DNA of 63,657 bases, the filler included, from Octopus bimaculoides (Eukaryota): NCBI RefSeq assembly GCF_001194135.2. It is 5 parts of 5 records of this genome, joined end to end, with 100 filler letters (N's around TTAATTAATTAA, not from the genome) between each part and the next. Parts side by side here need not be neighbours in the genome. Positions count along the whole stretch, not along the records: positions 61,671 to 63,657 come from NW_026376130.1; 4 more parts are not named here. One strand, given 5' to 3'. Positions 63,221 to 63,657 of this stretch are shown one piece after another. The translations under genes and the position numbers were made by a program. Numbering within the stretch: the stretch's first letter is position 1; each line of letters opens with the position of its first letter. Under the pieces are notes generated by a model. It did not search any database, was not told the origin of the DNA, and was given only the letters and a program-made list of their open reading frames with translations.

Positions 63221-63657
63221 TCGTTTAATATGCCTCAAAACTCTGTTTCATTTGAAGACAATTGCTACAGTTTTCTTATTAAGTTTTTCTGTTTTAATTG
63301 AAATAAACTTCGTAAAGTCTAACGTATCTATGTTCGTTTTGTTACGCTCGAGAGTATGTATATATAAAATCGCACGCACACACGCACACTCTCTCTGATA
63401 CGTAAACTGTCTCGCAAATACACCTTGAATTATCGAGATTTCGACCTCCATTTTTACATTATTGAAAGCGTACGTGTTCAGTTCTTGTTTCGGATAAATT
63501 TTTCTCCCCGCTTATGTGAATTAAAAGGGTCATATGTATATATACACACATATGTATGTACACATATATATATATATACACGTATGTATGCATATGCATG
63601 TGTGTATATATATATAGGTATACATCTATACGTATATATATATATGTATATATATGT

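Overview
AT-rich, microsatellite-saturated eukaryotic DNA with about 20 N-gaps. The SINE/LINE repertoire and the TTAATTAATTAA gap spacers suggest an Octopus draft assembly (inference). Almost all listed ORFs are microsatellite or N artefacts. One well-supported host coding exon is present: a minus-strand terminal exon at 18943-18576 with a strong acceptor, an NLS-like PLAKRRKL and a Pro/Ser/Tyr-rich C-terminus. The gene is not identifiable, and its upstream exons are not confidently visible. The rest is a dense record of decayed transposable elements: at least four tRNA-type SINE families (one with an internal TA/TG microsatellite, one that forms dimers), CR1/Jockey-like and RTE LINE fragments, stacks of Dong/R4-type RLE LINE 3' ends in (TAA)n tracts, a mariner, a DD37D (maT) transposase, MITEs and fold-back elements, and a Penelope-type GIY-YIG fragment. 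The most interesting signal is a set of hammerhead-ribozyme-like motifs. One is canonical and minimal (33873-33907), one has a long stem-II loop (32200-32286), and one repeated family has a variant CUGUCGA/CUGUCAA core (55035-55073 and 1571-1609). Most sit in short Penelope-like terminal repeats next to TA/CA microsatellites. Also notable: a CR1 LINE whose 3' UTR equals the tail of the commonest SINE, and several long inverted repeats inside the putative host intron that could form dsRNA.
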